A DNA stretch of 64,000 bases, taken from the IMG/VR virus record IMGVR_UViG_3300027754_000042, one strand, 5' to 3'. Made by a program: the position numbers and the translations under genes. Shown here piece after piece: positions 9,464-18,692 of this stretch. Each line of letters opens with the position of its first letter. Within the stretch, counting starts at the first letter, position 1. The notes below the pieces were generated by a model. It had not been told where the DNA came from. It ran no database searches and was given only the letters and a program-made list of their open reading frames with translations. Source of the stretch: a virus.

Positions 9464-10943
9464 TATCAGATTGCACAAAGTAAATGAAGCTTTTATTAGT
9501 GTTGAGTGTGACCCTGGTATTGCAAGAGAACTGGCTGAGCATCTTACGTTTGAAGTGCCTGGTGCTAAGTATAGCCCCGCATTCAAAGCAAAACATTGGG
9601 ACGGTAAGATCCGTCTATTCAACTCTCGCAACAATCAAATCTACCACGGCCTCTCACGCGAGGTAATGCGTTGGGGGCAAGAGCATGATTACACCGTAGA
9701 GTCGGTTGATGGTTTTGACGCAACAGAAGAATTCTCACTGGCTGAAGCTAAAGAATTTGCACATTCGCTCGGGCTTCCGTTCGAACCCCACGATCATCAA
9801 CTACGCGCATTTGCTCTTGCTGTTAGGAACAAACGCTGTGTTTTGGTTTCTCCTACTGGTTCTGGTAAATCACTTATCATCTATCTTTTGACGAGGTACT
9901 ATGACTGCCGTACTCTTATTATTGTGCCAACTATTTCTTTGGTGCACCAGTTGTATTCTGATTTTGCCGACTATGGTTTTGTATCTGATGAGTTCGTTCA
10001 CCGAATTTTTGGAGGGCAAGACAAACAAACAGATAAACCAGTTGTTATCTCAACCTGGCAATCCGTTTACGAAATGGATAAAAGATTTTTCGAATCTTTT
10101 GAGTTGATTGTCGGTGACGAAGCACATCTGTTCAAAGCACAGAGCCTTACTAAGATTATGACGTCCATGGTCAATACTCAGTATCGCTTTGGTCTCACGG
10201 GTACGCTTGATGGCTCACAGGTCAATGAATTGGTACTCGAAGGTCTGTTTGGTCCAGCAACCAAGATCATCTCCTCACGCGAACTAATGGATAAAGGCAC
10301 ACTTGCTGATTTGAAAATCAAAGTTCTGGTGTTGAATCATCCTGTTGCAGAAGCAAAGAAACTAAAAGGTGGTACATATCAAGATGAAATTGCACACATT
10401 ATTTCTTTTGAACCTCGCAATAAATTCATTCGTAATCTTGCTGTATCTCTCGCGGGGAATACACTGATCCTTTATTCATATGTTGAAAAGCACGGTGCTA
10501 TTTTGTATGATATGATCGGTGAGAAAGCAGGCAATCGCAAGGTGTTTTTCGTTCACGGTGGCGTTGATGGTGAAGAGCGTGAGGCCATCCGCGCTATCGT
10601 TGAGAAGGAAAAAGATGCTATCATCGTTGCGTCCTACGGCACCTTTAGTACAGGCATAAATATCAAGAACCTACATAATGTCATATTCGCAAGCCCAACT
10701 AAAAGCCGCGTTAGAACTATGCAATCAGTCGGGCGCGGCTTGCGCGTATCGGATACCAAAGACAGTATGACACTATTTGATATTGCAGACAATCTTACTA
10801 TCGGCAATAATAAGAACTTCACATTGAACCACCTTATTGAACGTGTGAAGATGTACAACTCTGAGGGGTTTGCATATGAAATGCACACCATCAAACTAAA
10901 GGAGAGTTCTAATGACCGAAGTGTATTATTTGAAGATGAATAA
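9453..10943 (+). CDS. uvsW: UvsW SF2 DNA helicase
   Basis: Motifs SPTGSGKS, DEAH, GLTGT and QSVGRGLR; start reassigned to ATG 9453. Confidence 0.95.
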   Translation: MDSDIRLHKVNEAFISVECDPGIARELAEHLTFEVPGAKYSPAFKAKHWDGKIRLFNSRNNQIYHGLSREVMRWGQEHDYTVESVDGFDATEEFSLAEAKEFAHSLGLPFEPHDHQLRAFALAVRNKRCVLVSPTGSGKSLIIYLLTRYYDCRTLIIVPTISLVHQLYSDFADYGFVSDEFVHRIFGGQDKQTDKPVVISTWQSVYEMDKRFFESFELIVGDEAHLFKAQSLTKIMTSMVNTQYRFGLTGTLDGSQVNELVLEGLFGPATKIISSRELMDKGTLADLKIKVLVLNHPVAEAKKLKGGTYQDEIAHIISFEPRNKFIRNLAVSLAGNTLILYSYVEKHGAILYDMIGEKAGNRKVFFVHGGVDGEEREAIRAIVEKEKDAIIVASYGTFSTGINIKNLHNVIFASPTKSRVRTMQSVGRGLRVSDTKDSMTLFDIADNLTIGNNKNFTLNHLIERVKMYNSEGFAYEMHTIKLKESSNDRSVLFEDE

Positions 10944-11274
10944 CGGTGATGATCTCCTATGCACCTACGAAGGTGAGGACGAGGATTGTCTTTATGTTTG
11001 TCAGCCATTCGTCGTTGATGCCACACCAAATCTTGACACTGGCATATTGACAACAACTATAATGCGTTGGATTCCATTTGATTCGCTCATGGAAACCAAA
11101 ATAACTATTGACAAATGCAACGTAATGGTGTATTCTCAAGTAGAATTAGATATCGCAGAACGCTACCAACGCACCCTTATTATGCTGGAAGAGAAGCGTA
11201 AGTATGAAGCGCGCCAAGAAATGATTCGCGATATGGCCGAATCTGCAAATGGCATTAGCTTATCAATCCACTAG
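10912..11274 (+). CDS. Conserved T4-like hypothetical protein (Sm-like fold)
   Basis: KMNNGDDLL...RWIPF pattern; usual position between uvsW and gp55. Confidence 0.6.
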   Translation: MTEVYYLKMNNGDDLLCTYEGEDEDCLYVCQPFVVDATPNLDTGILTTTIMRWIPFDSLMETKITIDKCNVMVYSQVELDIAERYQRTLIMLEEKRKYEARQEMIRDMAESANGISLSIH

Positions 11275-11283
11275 GAGTATATT

Positions 11284-11874
11284 ATGACTGAAGAATTAGC
11301 GCCAATTACCTATGCCAAACCACCTAAGAAGAAAAAGCATTATGTGAATAATGTCGATTTGTTTGATGCCTTGGTAATTCATAGAGTTAAGGTGCAAGAG
11401 GCTAAGGAATCTGGTAAGCAATTGCCTCGCATCCCGCATTATATCGGCGAAGCGATTATGAAGATTGCGACACACCTTGCGTACAAGCCAAACTTCTCAA
11501 ACTACACATTCCGCGAGGAAATGATTTCAGATGGCATCGAGAATTGCCTGCTGTATCTGAATAACTTTGACCCTGCGAAATCTAAGAACCCATTCGCATA
11601 CTTCACACAGATTATTTACTTTGCATTCCTTCGCCGTATTCAGCGTGAGAAGCGTCACCTATATACCAAGTATGCAGCCATCGAGCAAGCAAACATTATG
11701 GGTGCTACATCTGAAAATCAAGGCGGTGATATTAGGTCTTATGATACGGACATCAAGTATGGTGAGTGGTCACAAGAACAGATGGAACGCTTTATGAAAG
11801 ACTTTGAAGATTCCAGCATTGCTAAGAAAGCTAAGGCGGCTGAAACTAAAGAAGCGAAGGTGAATCCACAATGA
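11284..11874 (+). CDS. gp55: Late-transcription sigma factor gp55
   Basis: Motifs HYVNN, NFSNYTFREEMISDGIENC and NPFAYFTQI. Confidence 0.96.
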   Translation: MTEELAPITYAKPPKKKKHYVNNVDLFDALVIHRVKVQEAKESGKQLPRIPHYIGEAIMKIATHLAYKPNFSNYTFREEMISDGIENCLLYLNNFDPAKSKNPFAYFTQIIYFAFLRRIQREKRHLYTKYAAIEQANIMGATSENQGGDIRSYDTDIKYGEWSQEQMERFMKDFEDSSIAKKAKAAETKEAKVNPQ

Positions 11875-12929
11875 AGATTGCACTTATCACTGATACGCAC
11901 TGGGGTGTGCGTAATGACAATTCCACATTTCTCGACAACAACAAGAAATTCTTAGATGACATTTTCTTTCCGTATCTCGATACTCATGGCATTGACACTG
12001 TTATCCATCTCGGTGATTTGGTTGACCGTCGTAAATATCTTAATATCAATACAGCTAAGCGACTACGAGAAGATTTTATTAGACCGCTACACCAAAGAGA
12101 AATCCGCCCTCATCTTATCATCGGAAATCACGATACCTATTTCAAAAATACCAACTCTGTAAATTCAATCAGAGAAATCTATGGAAATGATTTCTGTATC
12201 TATGAGTCCGCTAGAGAGGTAAAAGTTGATGGCGTTCCAATTCTTTTCATTCCATGGATCTGCGATGATAACCGCGATGAAACGCTACAGCTTATCAGCA
12301 CAACAAACGCTCAAATCTGCATGGGCCACCTCGAGCTTGCAGGTTTTGAAATGTATCGAGGTAGTCCAGTCAGCCATGGAGATGATCGTGGTTTGTTTGG
12401 TAGGTTCGACATGGTACTTAGCGGTCATTATCATCACAGGTCTTCTGCTGGGAACATTCACTACCTTGGTAGCCATGCTGAGTTTACTTGGAGCGACTAC
12501 GATGACCCCAAAGGATTCCATATCCTTGATACGGAAACTCGTGAACTGGCGTTTATAGAAAACCCATTCAAGATGTTCCGCAAAATGTGGTACAATGACA
12601 AAGACATTACCACCGAAGCTTTGCTTGACAGAGACTTTTCAAAATACGCAGGTGCGTATGTGAAGCTTATCGTGCAGGGTAAAGATAATCCTTTCGCGTT
12701 CGATTTGTTTACCACGAAACTTTATGAAGCCAATCCTATCGAAGTGGTAATCGTTGAAGACCATCGCAACATGGACACCATTGACGAGAATGACCTATTG
12801 AACGAGGCCGAAGATACCCTTACGATTTTGTCTAAGTATATTGGCACACTAGAAACAAGCGTTGACACAAAAGAGCTTGACAATCTAATGCATTCTCTAT
12901 ACAATGAAGCAATGAAAATGGAAGTTTGA
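11871..12929 (+). CDS. gp47: Recombination endonuclease subunit gp47 (Mre11-like)
   Basis: Metallophosphoesterase motifs DTHWG, GDLVD, GNHD and SGHYH. Confidence 0.95.
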   Translation: MKIALITDTHWGVRNDNSTFLDNNKKFLDDIFFPYLDTHGIDTVIHLGDLVDRRKYLNINTAKRLREDFIRPLHQREIRPHLIIGNHDTYFKNTNSVNSIREIYGNDFCIYESAREVKVDGVPILFIPWICDDNRDETLQLISTTNAQICMGHLELAGFEMYRGSPVSHGDDRGLFGRFDMVLSGHYHHRSSAGNIHYLGSHAEFTWSDYDDPKGFHILDTETRELAFIENPFKMFRKMWYNDKDITTEALLDRDFSKYAGAYVKLIVQGKDNPFAFDLFTTKLYEANPIEVVIVEDHRNMDTIDENDLLNEAEDTLTILSKYIGTLETSVDTKELDNLMHSLYNEAMKMEV

Positions 12930-14638
12930 TGATACATTTTACATCCGTTCGTTGGAAGAATTTTCTATCCACTGGCAACGCCTTCACAGAGATTTCACTA
13001 GATGCCAATCCATCAACGCTCATTGTTGGTGAGAATGGTGCTGGTAAATCTACTGTGTTGGATGCATTGTGCTTTTCATTGTATGGTAAGCCATTTCGTA
13101 AGATCAAAAAGGATCAGCTAGTCAACTCGGTCAATGGCCGAGATGTTATCGTTGAAGTTGAGTTTACTATTGGTGATAAGCAATATCTAATTCGGCGTGG
13201 TATCAAGCCAGCTATCTTTGAAATCATAGAGAATGGCAAGCTCCTAGATCAGGAAGCTGCTGCGCGTGATTATCAAGAGATGCTTGAGAAGAATATTCTG
13301 CGGTTGACAATGAAGTCCTTCACGCAGGTTGTCATTCTTGGTTCGTCATCGTTCGTACCATTCATGCAGCTATCAACTAACAATCGCCGTGAGGTCATTG
13401 AAGACCTGTTGGACATCCGTGTGTTCTCGTCAATGGCCTTGCTATTGAAGGATCGCGTCACGGGTGCGCGTGAGAACTACAATCTAAACGAACGCGATAT
13501 GACATCCACATCCGATTCCGTTCTTGTCCAAGAAAAGCTTCGCAAGCAGCAAGAGGATCATAAGGGTGAAAAAATCCAAGAGCGCCGTGAGCGCATTGCT
13601 GAGCTGGAACAAGCTATTGATAGTGCGATGGTCAATGCACAGGAAGAGCAAGAAACTATCGCACAGCTAACCGAGTCTACAGATGACCACGATTCTGTGA
13701 TTGAGAGGCAACGCAAGCTCCTCGCGTTAGAGAAAAGCTTGACACTAAAGAAGACTAACGCAAAGAAGTCAATCGCATTCTACCACGATAACAATGAGTG
13801 CCCAACATGCACACAGGATATCGACCAAGCAATCAAGTGTGAGAAGATAGATGAAAAAGAAAAAACAATTGCAGAGATCGAAGCTGCGCTCACTAAGCTA
13901 TCTGGAGAAATTGCAACATGCGAAGCTCGTAGAGAAGCGATTGAGCGAGTACTTCGGCAAATCCATAAACATCAATCGAGCCTCAATAGCATCCAAGCCG
14001 ATGTTCGCACAAGCCAAAAAGAAATCTCTATCTGGCAAAAAGAAATTGAAGGCCTCGAGAAAGAGACCGTCATTACCAGTCACGACGAAATCATCAAAGA
14101 CCTACAAGAGAAATATAGCAATCTCTTGGAACGCAAAAAGCATCTACTTGCACAGAGAGAAATGCACGATCTGGCAGGAATAATTCTGCGCGACTCAGGT
14201 ATCAAGTCTCGAATCATCAAGCAATATGTGCCCGTTATCAATACGCTTGTCAACAAGTACCTTGCTGCTATGGATTTCTTTGTCAAGTTCGAACTAAACG
14301 AGCAATTTGAAGAAAAGATTTTGTCACGCCATCGCGATGATTTCACATACGATTCATTTAGCGAAGGCGAAAAAATGCGTATCGACCTTTCGCTATTGTT
14401 TACATGGCGTTCCATCGCTCGTATGAAGAATAGCGTCAACACCAATCTACTTATCCTCGATGAGGTTTTTGATGCCTCGCTTGATGCTAACGGTTGTGAC
14501 GAGTTTCTGAAGCTTATACATAATGTGGAAGACACCAACATCTTCGTCATCTCTCATAAGGGCGATGTTCTACAAGATAAGTTCACAAGCACACTCCGAT
14601 TCACAAAACAGAAAAACTTTAGTAGGATGATATCATGA
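12926..14638 (+). CDS. gp46: Recombination ATPase subunit gp46 (Rad50-like)
   Basis: Walker A GENGAGKS, CPTC zinc hook, FSEGE signature and LILDE Walker B. Confidence 0.96.
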   Translation: MMIHFTSVRWKNFLSTGNAFTEISLDANPSTLIVGENGAGKSTVLDALCFSLYGKPFRKIKKDQLVNSVNGRDVIVEVEFTIGDKQYLIRRGIKPAIFEIIENGKLLDQEAAARDYQEMLEKNILRLTMKSFTQVVILGSSSFVPFMQLSTNNRREVIEDLLDIRVFSSMALLLKDRVTGARENYNLNERDMTSTSDSVLVQEKLRKQQEDHKGEKIQERRERIAELEQAIDSAMVNAQEEQETIAQLTESTDDHDSVIERQRKLLALEKSLTLKKTNAKKSIAFYHDNNECPTCTQDIDQAIKCEKIDEKEKTIAEIEAALTKLSGEIATCEARREAIERVLRQIHKHQSSLNSIQADVRTSQKEISIWQKEIEGLEKETVITSHDEIIKDLQEKYSNLLERKKHLLAQREMHDLAGIILRDSGIKSRIIKQYVPVINTLVNKYLAAMDFFVKFELNEQFEEKILSRHRDDFTYDSFSEGEKMRIDLSLLFTWRSIARMKNSVNTNLLILDEVFDASLDANGCDEFLKLIHNVEDTNIFVISHKGDVLQDKFTSTLRFTKQKNFSRMIS

Positions 14639-15162
14639 TTATTCCGGGCAACGATCCACGTTTGAAGCAAGTGTGTAAGCCATTCAATTTTGATGTTGGC
14701 TACACAATGGAAGATGGTAGCATCCTCTCAGCCGAGAAGCTTTTCTATCTTCTCAAAGAACAGATGATTGCTAACAAAGGTGTAGGTTTGTCTGCTTGTC
14801 AGATTGGCATTATGACACGCGCATTTGTTATTGGCAACTTTACCGACCCCGATAGTGTGATTTCTGTTTTCAATCCGCGCATCGTAACAATGAATGATGA
14901 TACTGTTGTGTATGAAGAGGGTTGCATTTCATACCCTGGTTTGTTTATGAAAGTGAAGCGCCCCAAAGAGTTTGAGGTTCGTTTCTCTGGTTGGGATGGC
15001 GTTGCTGGTACCACGATGTTCAAGGGCTACACAGCCAGAGTATTTCTCCATGAGCTAGACCATCTCGATGGCATTACCTTTCAAAGTAAGGCTAGTCGTT
15101 TTCATTTGGAACAAGCTATCAATCAATTAAAGAAAATGAATAGAATAAAGAAACATGCATAG
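14635..15162 (+). CDS. def: Peptide deformylase
   Basis: Motifs GVGLSACQIG, EGCIS and HELDHLDG. Confidence 0.95.
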   Translation: MIIPGNDPRLKQVCKPFNFDVGYTMEDGSILSAEKLFYLLKEQMIANKGVGLSACQIGIMTRAFVIGNFTDPDSVISVFNPRIVTMNDDTVVYEEGCISYPGLFMKVKRPKEFEVRFSGWDGVAGTTMFKGYTARVFLHELDHLDGITFQSKASRFHLEQAINQLKKMNRIKKHA

Positions 15163-15169
15163 AAAACGC

Positions 15170-15198
15170 TTGACAAACTCTTCAAATCTGTTTATAAT
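15170..15198 (+). promoter_or_regulatory. Consensus sigma70 promoter for the DNA modification operon
   Basis: TTGACA-N17-TATAAT. Confidence 0.85.
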
Positions 15199-15212
15199 GC
15201 AAATAATAGAGA

Positions 15213-16508
15213 TTGGACAAAACATTGACAAAATATATTCCATACACAGTTGACGATATCAAAAAGTCTTCAGCCCGAGAGCTATTCACCGTCGTATCCA
15301 CTTTTGCTGGTGGTGGTGGTTCATCAACTGGCTATCGCATCGCCGGCGGTAAAGTTATTGCCATGAATGAATTTGTAGAAGAAGCCATAAAAACATATTC
15401 AACAAATTTTCCAGATACCAAGATTATCCCAGGCGATATCAAAAAGCTTACTGGGCTTGATTTTCTTCGTGAAGCAAATCTCAAGCCTGGTGAACTTGAT
15501 ATCTTCGATGGGTCACCTCCTTGCTCCGCGTTCTCTGTTGCTGGTAAACGAGAGAAGCAATGGAAGGGTGCTATAAAGAAAACCGATAGCTCGTTTGAGA
15601 TTGACGAATATGGTGAGCTAGAATTCGTCGAGGGTGAGACGTTTACGAAAACAGGCATCAAAACTTATAGTGATGGTATGGTTGTTGAAGCTATTGAAGA
15701 TTTATTCCTAGAGTTCGTTCGCATCGCAAAAGATATCAAGCCTAAGGTTATCGTTGCAGAAAACGTCAAGGGTATCACAATGGGCGAAGCGCGCAAGAAG
15801 CTTGTAGAGTTTCAGAACGCATTTGAAAACATTGAACCTGGTTATGTTGTCACGCATCACGTTTTGAGCGCCGCAAATTATGGAGTTCCGCAAGCGCGTG
15901 AGAGACTGTTCTTTGTCTGTGTGCGTAGTGATGTTGCTAGTGTGATCGGTATGAACTGGATGAATGCCGAGACAATGACAAAGCCACCCGAAACAACTCC
16001 TATCATTCGTTCTGGTGGGCGTCGTCTAAGCGAGAATAGTCAACACATCTCATTGCGCGAAGCAATTGAAGATATCGAAAATGATCCTGAAGAAATCCAG
16101 ATGCTTAAGGATTATGTGATGGGTGGCTTTCAAAAAGATTGGATCACGAAGCTTCCATTTAATCCCAAGCGTCATACCAAGCCGAGCGATACTGAGTATC
16201 GGTCATGGAATCCTACAGGTTCATGTTTCAATATGATTCGCCCTTGCCCAGAACTTCCATGCCCTACTCTAACGCAGAGAGGGCAACAGCTTTCTGTGTC
16301 TGGTGTGTTTCATTACGCAGAGAATAGAAAGTTTACCATCAAAGAGTTGAAACGAATCATGAGTCTTCCAGAAGACTACATATTGTCTGGAAACTTTGAT
16401 AAGCAAGCAGAACGAATCGGGCGCATGGTTGCTCCTAAAATGATGGGTGCGCTTGCGTCTAACATCTACAATAAAATATTGAAACCCTATAAGGAAGCTA
16501 CACAATGA
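15213..16508 (+). CDS. C5-cytosine DNA methyltransferase homologue, probable carboxymethyltransferase
   Basis: Motifs I (FAGGGG), IV (GSPPC), VI (ENV), VIII (QARER) and IX present; motif X reads GRMV rather than GN(S/A)V; TTG start (15213 or 15225). Confidence 0.9.
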   Translation: MDKTLTKYIPYTVDDIKKSSARELFTVVSTFAGGGGSSTGYRIAGGKVIAMNEFVEEAIKTYSTNFPDTKIIPGDIKKLTGLDFLREANLKPGELDIFDGSPPCSAFSVAGKREKQWKGAIKKTDSSFEIDEYGELEFVEGETFTKTGIKTYSDGMVVEAIEDLFLEFVRIAKDIKPKVIVAENVKGITMGEARKKLVEFQNAFENIEPGYVVTHHVLSAANYGVPQARERLFFVCVRSDVASVIGMNWMNAETMTKPPETTPIIRSGGRRLSENSQHISLREAIEDIENDPEEIQMLKDYVMGGFQKDWITKLPFNPKRHTKPSDTEYRSWNPTGSCFNMIRPCPELPCPTLTQRGQQLSVSGVFHYAENRKFTIKELKRIMSLPEDYILSGNFDKQAERIGRMVAPKMMGALASNIYNKILKPYKEATQ

Positions 16509-17197
16509 CAGGTCAGTTCACGTTCGCGACACGCGAAGAAGGCTTTGATACGCACATCGACACATCCATTCGCGGCTACAGTGATCTGTGGCAAGACGTT
16601 GTGGATATCTCCCAGTACTTTGTTGAGAATGATACCAGCGTGGTCGATATTGGTTGCTCGACAGGTAAGATGTTAAAGAGTATGATTAACCAGAACACGT
16701 TTGCACCTAACGCAATTTATACAGGTCTAGAGATTGAACCTGAGTTTTGGGGACCATACGATCAGGACGAAAAGGATTTCGACAACCTCACATATCACAA
16801 GGGTGATGCTAATGGGTATTATTTCGACAACTGTTCATATGTCACGTCCATCTTCACACTTCAGTTCATGCCGTACCATGATCGTATGCATCTAATCAGT
16901 CGCGTATTCAATGGATTGAACCCTGGTGGTGCTTTTGTCTTCGCGGAGAAGACGATGCCTGAGAATGTACGAATCCATGAAATTCGCACCTTTACCTATT
17001 ATGATTACAAGCGCCGCACGTTTACCACCGACGATATCATGGACAAGGAGCATCAGCTCCGTCATATGACCAAACCAAACACCCGTGGCGAGCTAATCAA
17101 GGTCTGTCTAGACGCCGGCTTTCAAGCGGTTGACACCTTCTGGCAGAACCACGCCTTTACAGGGTTCATTGCGTTGAAGGGAACGACACAAAAGTAA
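16505..17197 (+). CDS. cmoA: Carboxy-S-adenosylmethionine synthase homologue (CmoA family)
   Basis: FTF...F..HI..SI.GY, DIGCSTG, FTLQF, GLNPGGAFVFAEK and AGF...F.GFIALK align by eye with E. coli CmoA. Confidence 0.85.
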   Translation: MTGQFTFATREEGFDTHIDTSIRGYSDLWQDVVDISQYFVENDTSVVDIGCSTGKMLKSMINQNTFAPNAIYTGLEIEPEFWGPYDQDEKDFDNLTYHKGDANGYYFDNCSYVTSIFTLQFMPYHDRMHLISRVFNGLNPGGAFVFAEKTMPENVRIHEIRTFTYYDYKRRTFTTDDIMDKEHQLRHMTKPNTRGELIKVCLDAGFQAVDTFWQNHAFTGFIALKGTTQK

Positions 17198-17262
17198 CAT
17201 AAAATGTTTCAAAAATAATTGAAAAAACACCAAAATACCTGAAAATAATTGGCAAACAATTT

Positions 17263-17301
17263 CAATGGCTTAGCGGAGATGATCCCTAAGCCATTGTTTT
17301 T
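17263..17301. terminator. Inverted repeat / probable terminator at the boundary of the early region
   Basis: CAATGGCTTAG-N12-CTAAGCCATTG followed by TTTTT. Confidence 0.55.
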
Positions 17302-17317
17302 GCTTGTTTTTCTAGCC

Positions 17318-17346
17318 TTGACAATGAGGTGGTTCTTTGCTATTAT
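17318..17346 (+). promoter_or_regulatory. Early sigma70 promoter
   Basis: TTGACA-N17-TATTAT with extended TG. Confidence 0.8.
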
Positions 17347-17383
17347 AAGAATATAAGATGAATTGAAAGACGAGAGACACACC

Positions 17384-17590
17384 ATGAGCGTAGCAACAAA
17401 CCCCAACCGCCGTCAAGCCCTTCGCGAAGCAACCCAAGATGCTATTGCTCAGTTCATGCAGAACGGCGGCTATGTGACCCGTTGCGAGACTTCTACTGCT
17501 AAGGTCAAGACGTTTCGCCACTTTGCTTCCATTGCCTCGCAAGGCCGCAAATTGACCACCCTCCGCAATGCCGGCTTTGCTTCTCGCTAA
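17384..17590 (+). CDS. Small basic early protein
   Basis: ORF directly after the early promoter; IAQFMQNGG motif. Confidence 0.65.
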   Translation: MSVATNPNRRQALREATQDAIAQFMQNGGYVTRCETSTAKVKTFRHFASIASQGRKLTTLRNAGFASR

Positions 17591-17605
17591 TTGAAAGGTT
17601 CAACC

Positions 17606-17953
17606 ATGTTCTCCATTCGCAAGCTCGACCTCTACCTTGCCGCTATCCGCGCTGATTATGCCGCTTTCAAGTTCCGCGGCGAACATGCCAACTCTCCTTG
17701 GACCGCTGAGATGGTTGATGAATTCAACCGTACCCTGACCTACGAGATTGGTAGCCGTTATGTGAAGGTCGTCAAATACGCCGGCACACCCAACGCCTCT
17801 GTCCACTCCTTCATTTGCATGAACGATATGGGCAAATTCTGCAAGGGCGATATCCTGAAGGCCGCAAGCTGGAAGGCTCCCGCTAGGAATCATGCTCGCG
17901 GCAATGTAGTGCTCCGCGATTACCCCACCGTCCAATGGACCGGCATCATCTGA
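17606..17953 (+). CDS. Conserved phage hypothetical early protein
   Basis: YVKV...SVHSFI...GDILKAASWKAPA pattern familiar from T4-like phages; GAAAGG RBS. Confidence 0.7.
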   Translation: MFSIRKLDLYLAAIRADYAAFKFRGEHANSPWTAEMVDEFNRTLTYEIGSRYVKVVKYAGTPNASVHSFICMNDMGKFCKGDILKAASWKAPARNHARGNVVLRDYPTVQWTGII

Positions 17954-17967
17954 GAAAGGTTTACACC

Positions 17968-18240
17968 ATGAGAAAAGTCCTTCGCAAGACCGTCCGCGCT
18001 TCTACCCTCACCGAGATTGCTAACCGTCTGTTGGCTTCGCCCTCGTCCACGCGGGATGAGCGGGTCGGTGTTATCGTTCTCTTGGAGTCTTCACTTCTCA
18101 CCGACGACGCCTACCGTGGCTATAACTACCTTGATGCCGAGCAGATTGGCTTTGAAGGTGTGCAGCCCGGCATTCGGCCCGAGCGTGGCGTTACCAACCA
18201 GTTTGCCGACACCGACAACACCCGCCGTGTTTACCTCTGA
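17968..18240 (+). CDS. Hypothetical early protein
   Basis: GAAAGG RBS with the same leader pattern as the preceding gene. Confidence 0.65.
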   Translation: MRKVLRKTVRASTLTEIANRLLASPSSTRDERVGVIVLLESSLLTDDAYRGYNYLDAEQIGFEGVQPGIRPERGVTNQFADTDNTRRVYL

Positions 18241-18250
18241 GGAGAATCCT

Positions 18251-18430
18251 ATGACCCAGTTGGAACACAAAATGAACGAGGGTATTGATGCTCTCATCAA
18301 GCAACTCGAAGCCGCTAAAGATGGGCAGGGTTTCAAGTCTAAGGCGTGGGCTGTGGAGAAAGTGGCTGAGGAAGCCAAGAACTACGCCGACTATTGGAAC
18401 TACAAACTGGACGATTGGGCTTCCGACTGA
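18251..18430 (+). CDS. Hypothetical early protein
   Basis: GAGGAG RBS before ATG 18251. Confidence 0.65.
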   Translation: MTQLEHKMNEGIDALIKQLEAAKDGQGFKSKAWAVEKVAEEAKNYADYWNYKLDDWASD

Positions 18431-18441
18431 GGAGAATTGAG

Positions 18442-18639
18442 ATGGACTTTTCTTACGCCGAAATAATGGATCAGATCCGCATGGCTGAAATGACCGGTGA
18501 TGTTGACGCCGAAGAATATTGGCATGAAATGCTGGAATGTGTCATGCAAATTGACGCGATTAACGAAGGCGATGATTATGAGGATGATGGTCAGCCATCC
18601 GAGATGCAAGAATGGCAAGATTATGACCGAGATTGCTAG
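18442..18639 (+). CDS. Small acidic early protein
   Basis: GAGGAG RBS; C-terminal DDGQPSEMQEWQDYDRDC motif. Confidence 0.7.
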   Translation: MDFSYAEIMDQIRMAEMTGDVDAEEYWHEMLECVMQIDAINEGDDYEDDGQPSEMQEWQDYDRDC

Positions 18640-18668
18640 TTGACAAACCGCGCGCCATGTGGTACTAT
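18640..18668 (+). promoter_or_regulatory. Early sigma70 promoter
   Basis: TTGACA-N17-TACTAT. Confidence 0.75.
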
Positions 18669-18692
18669 ACATAATGAATTGAGGAGAAGGTA

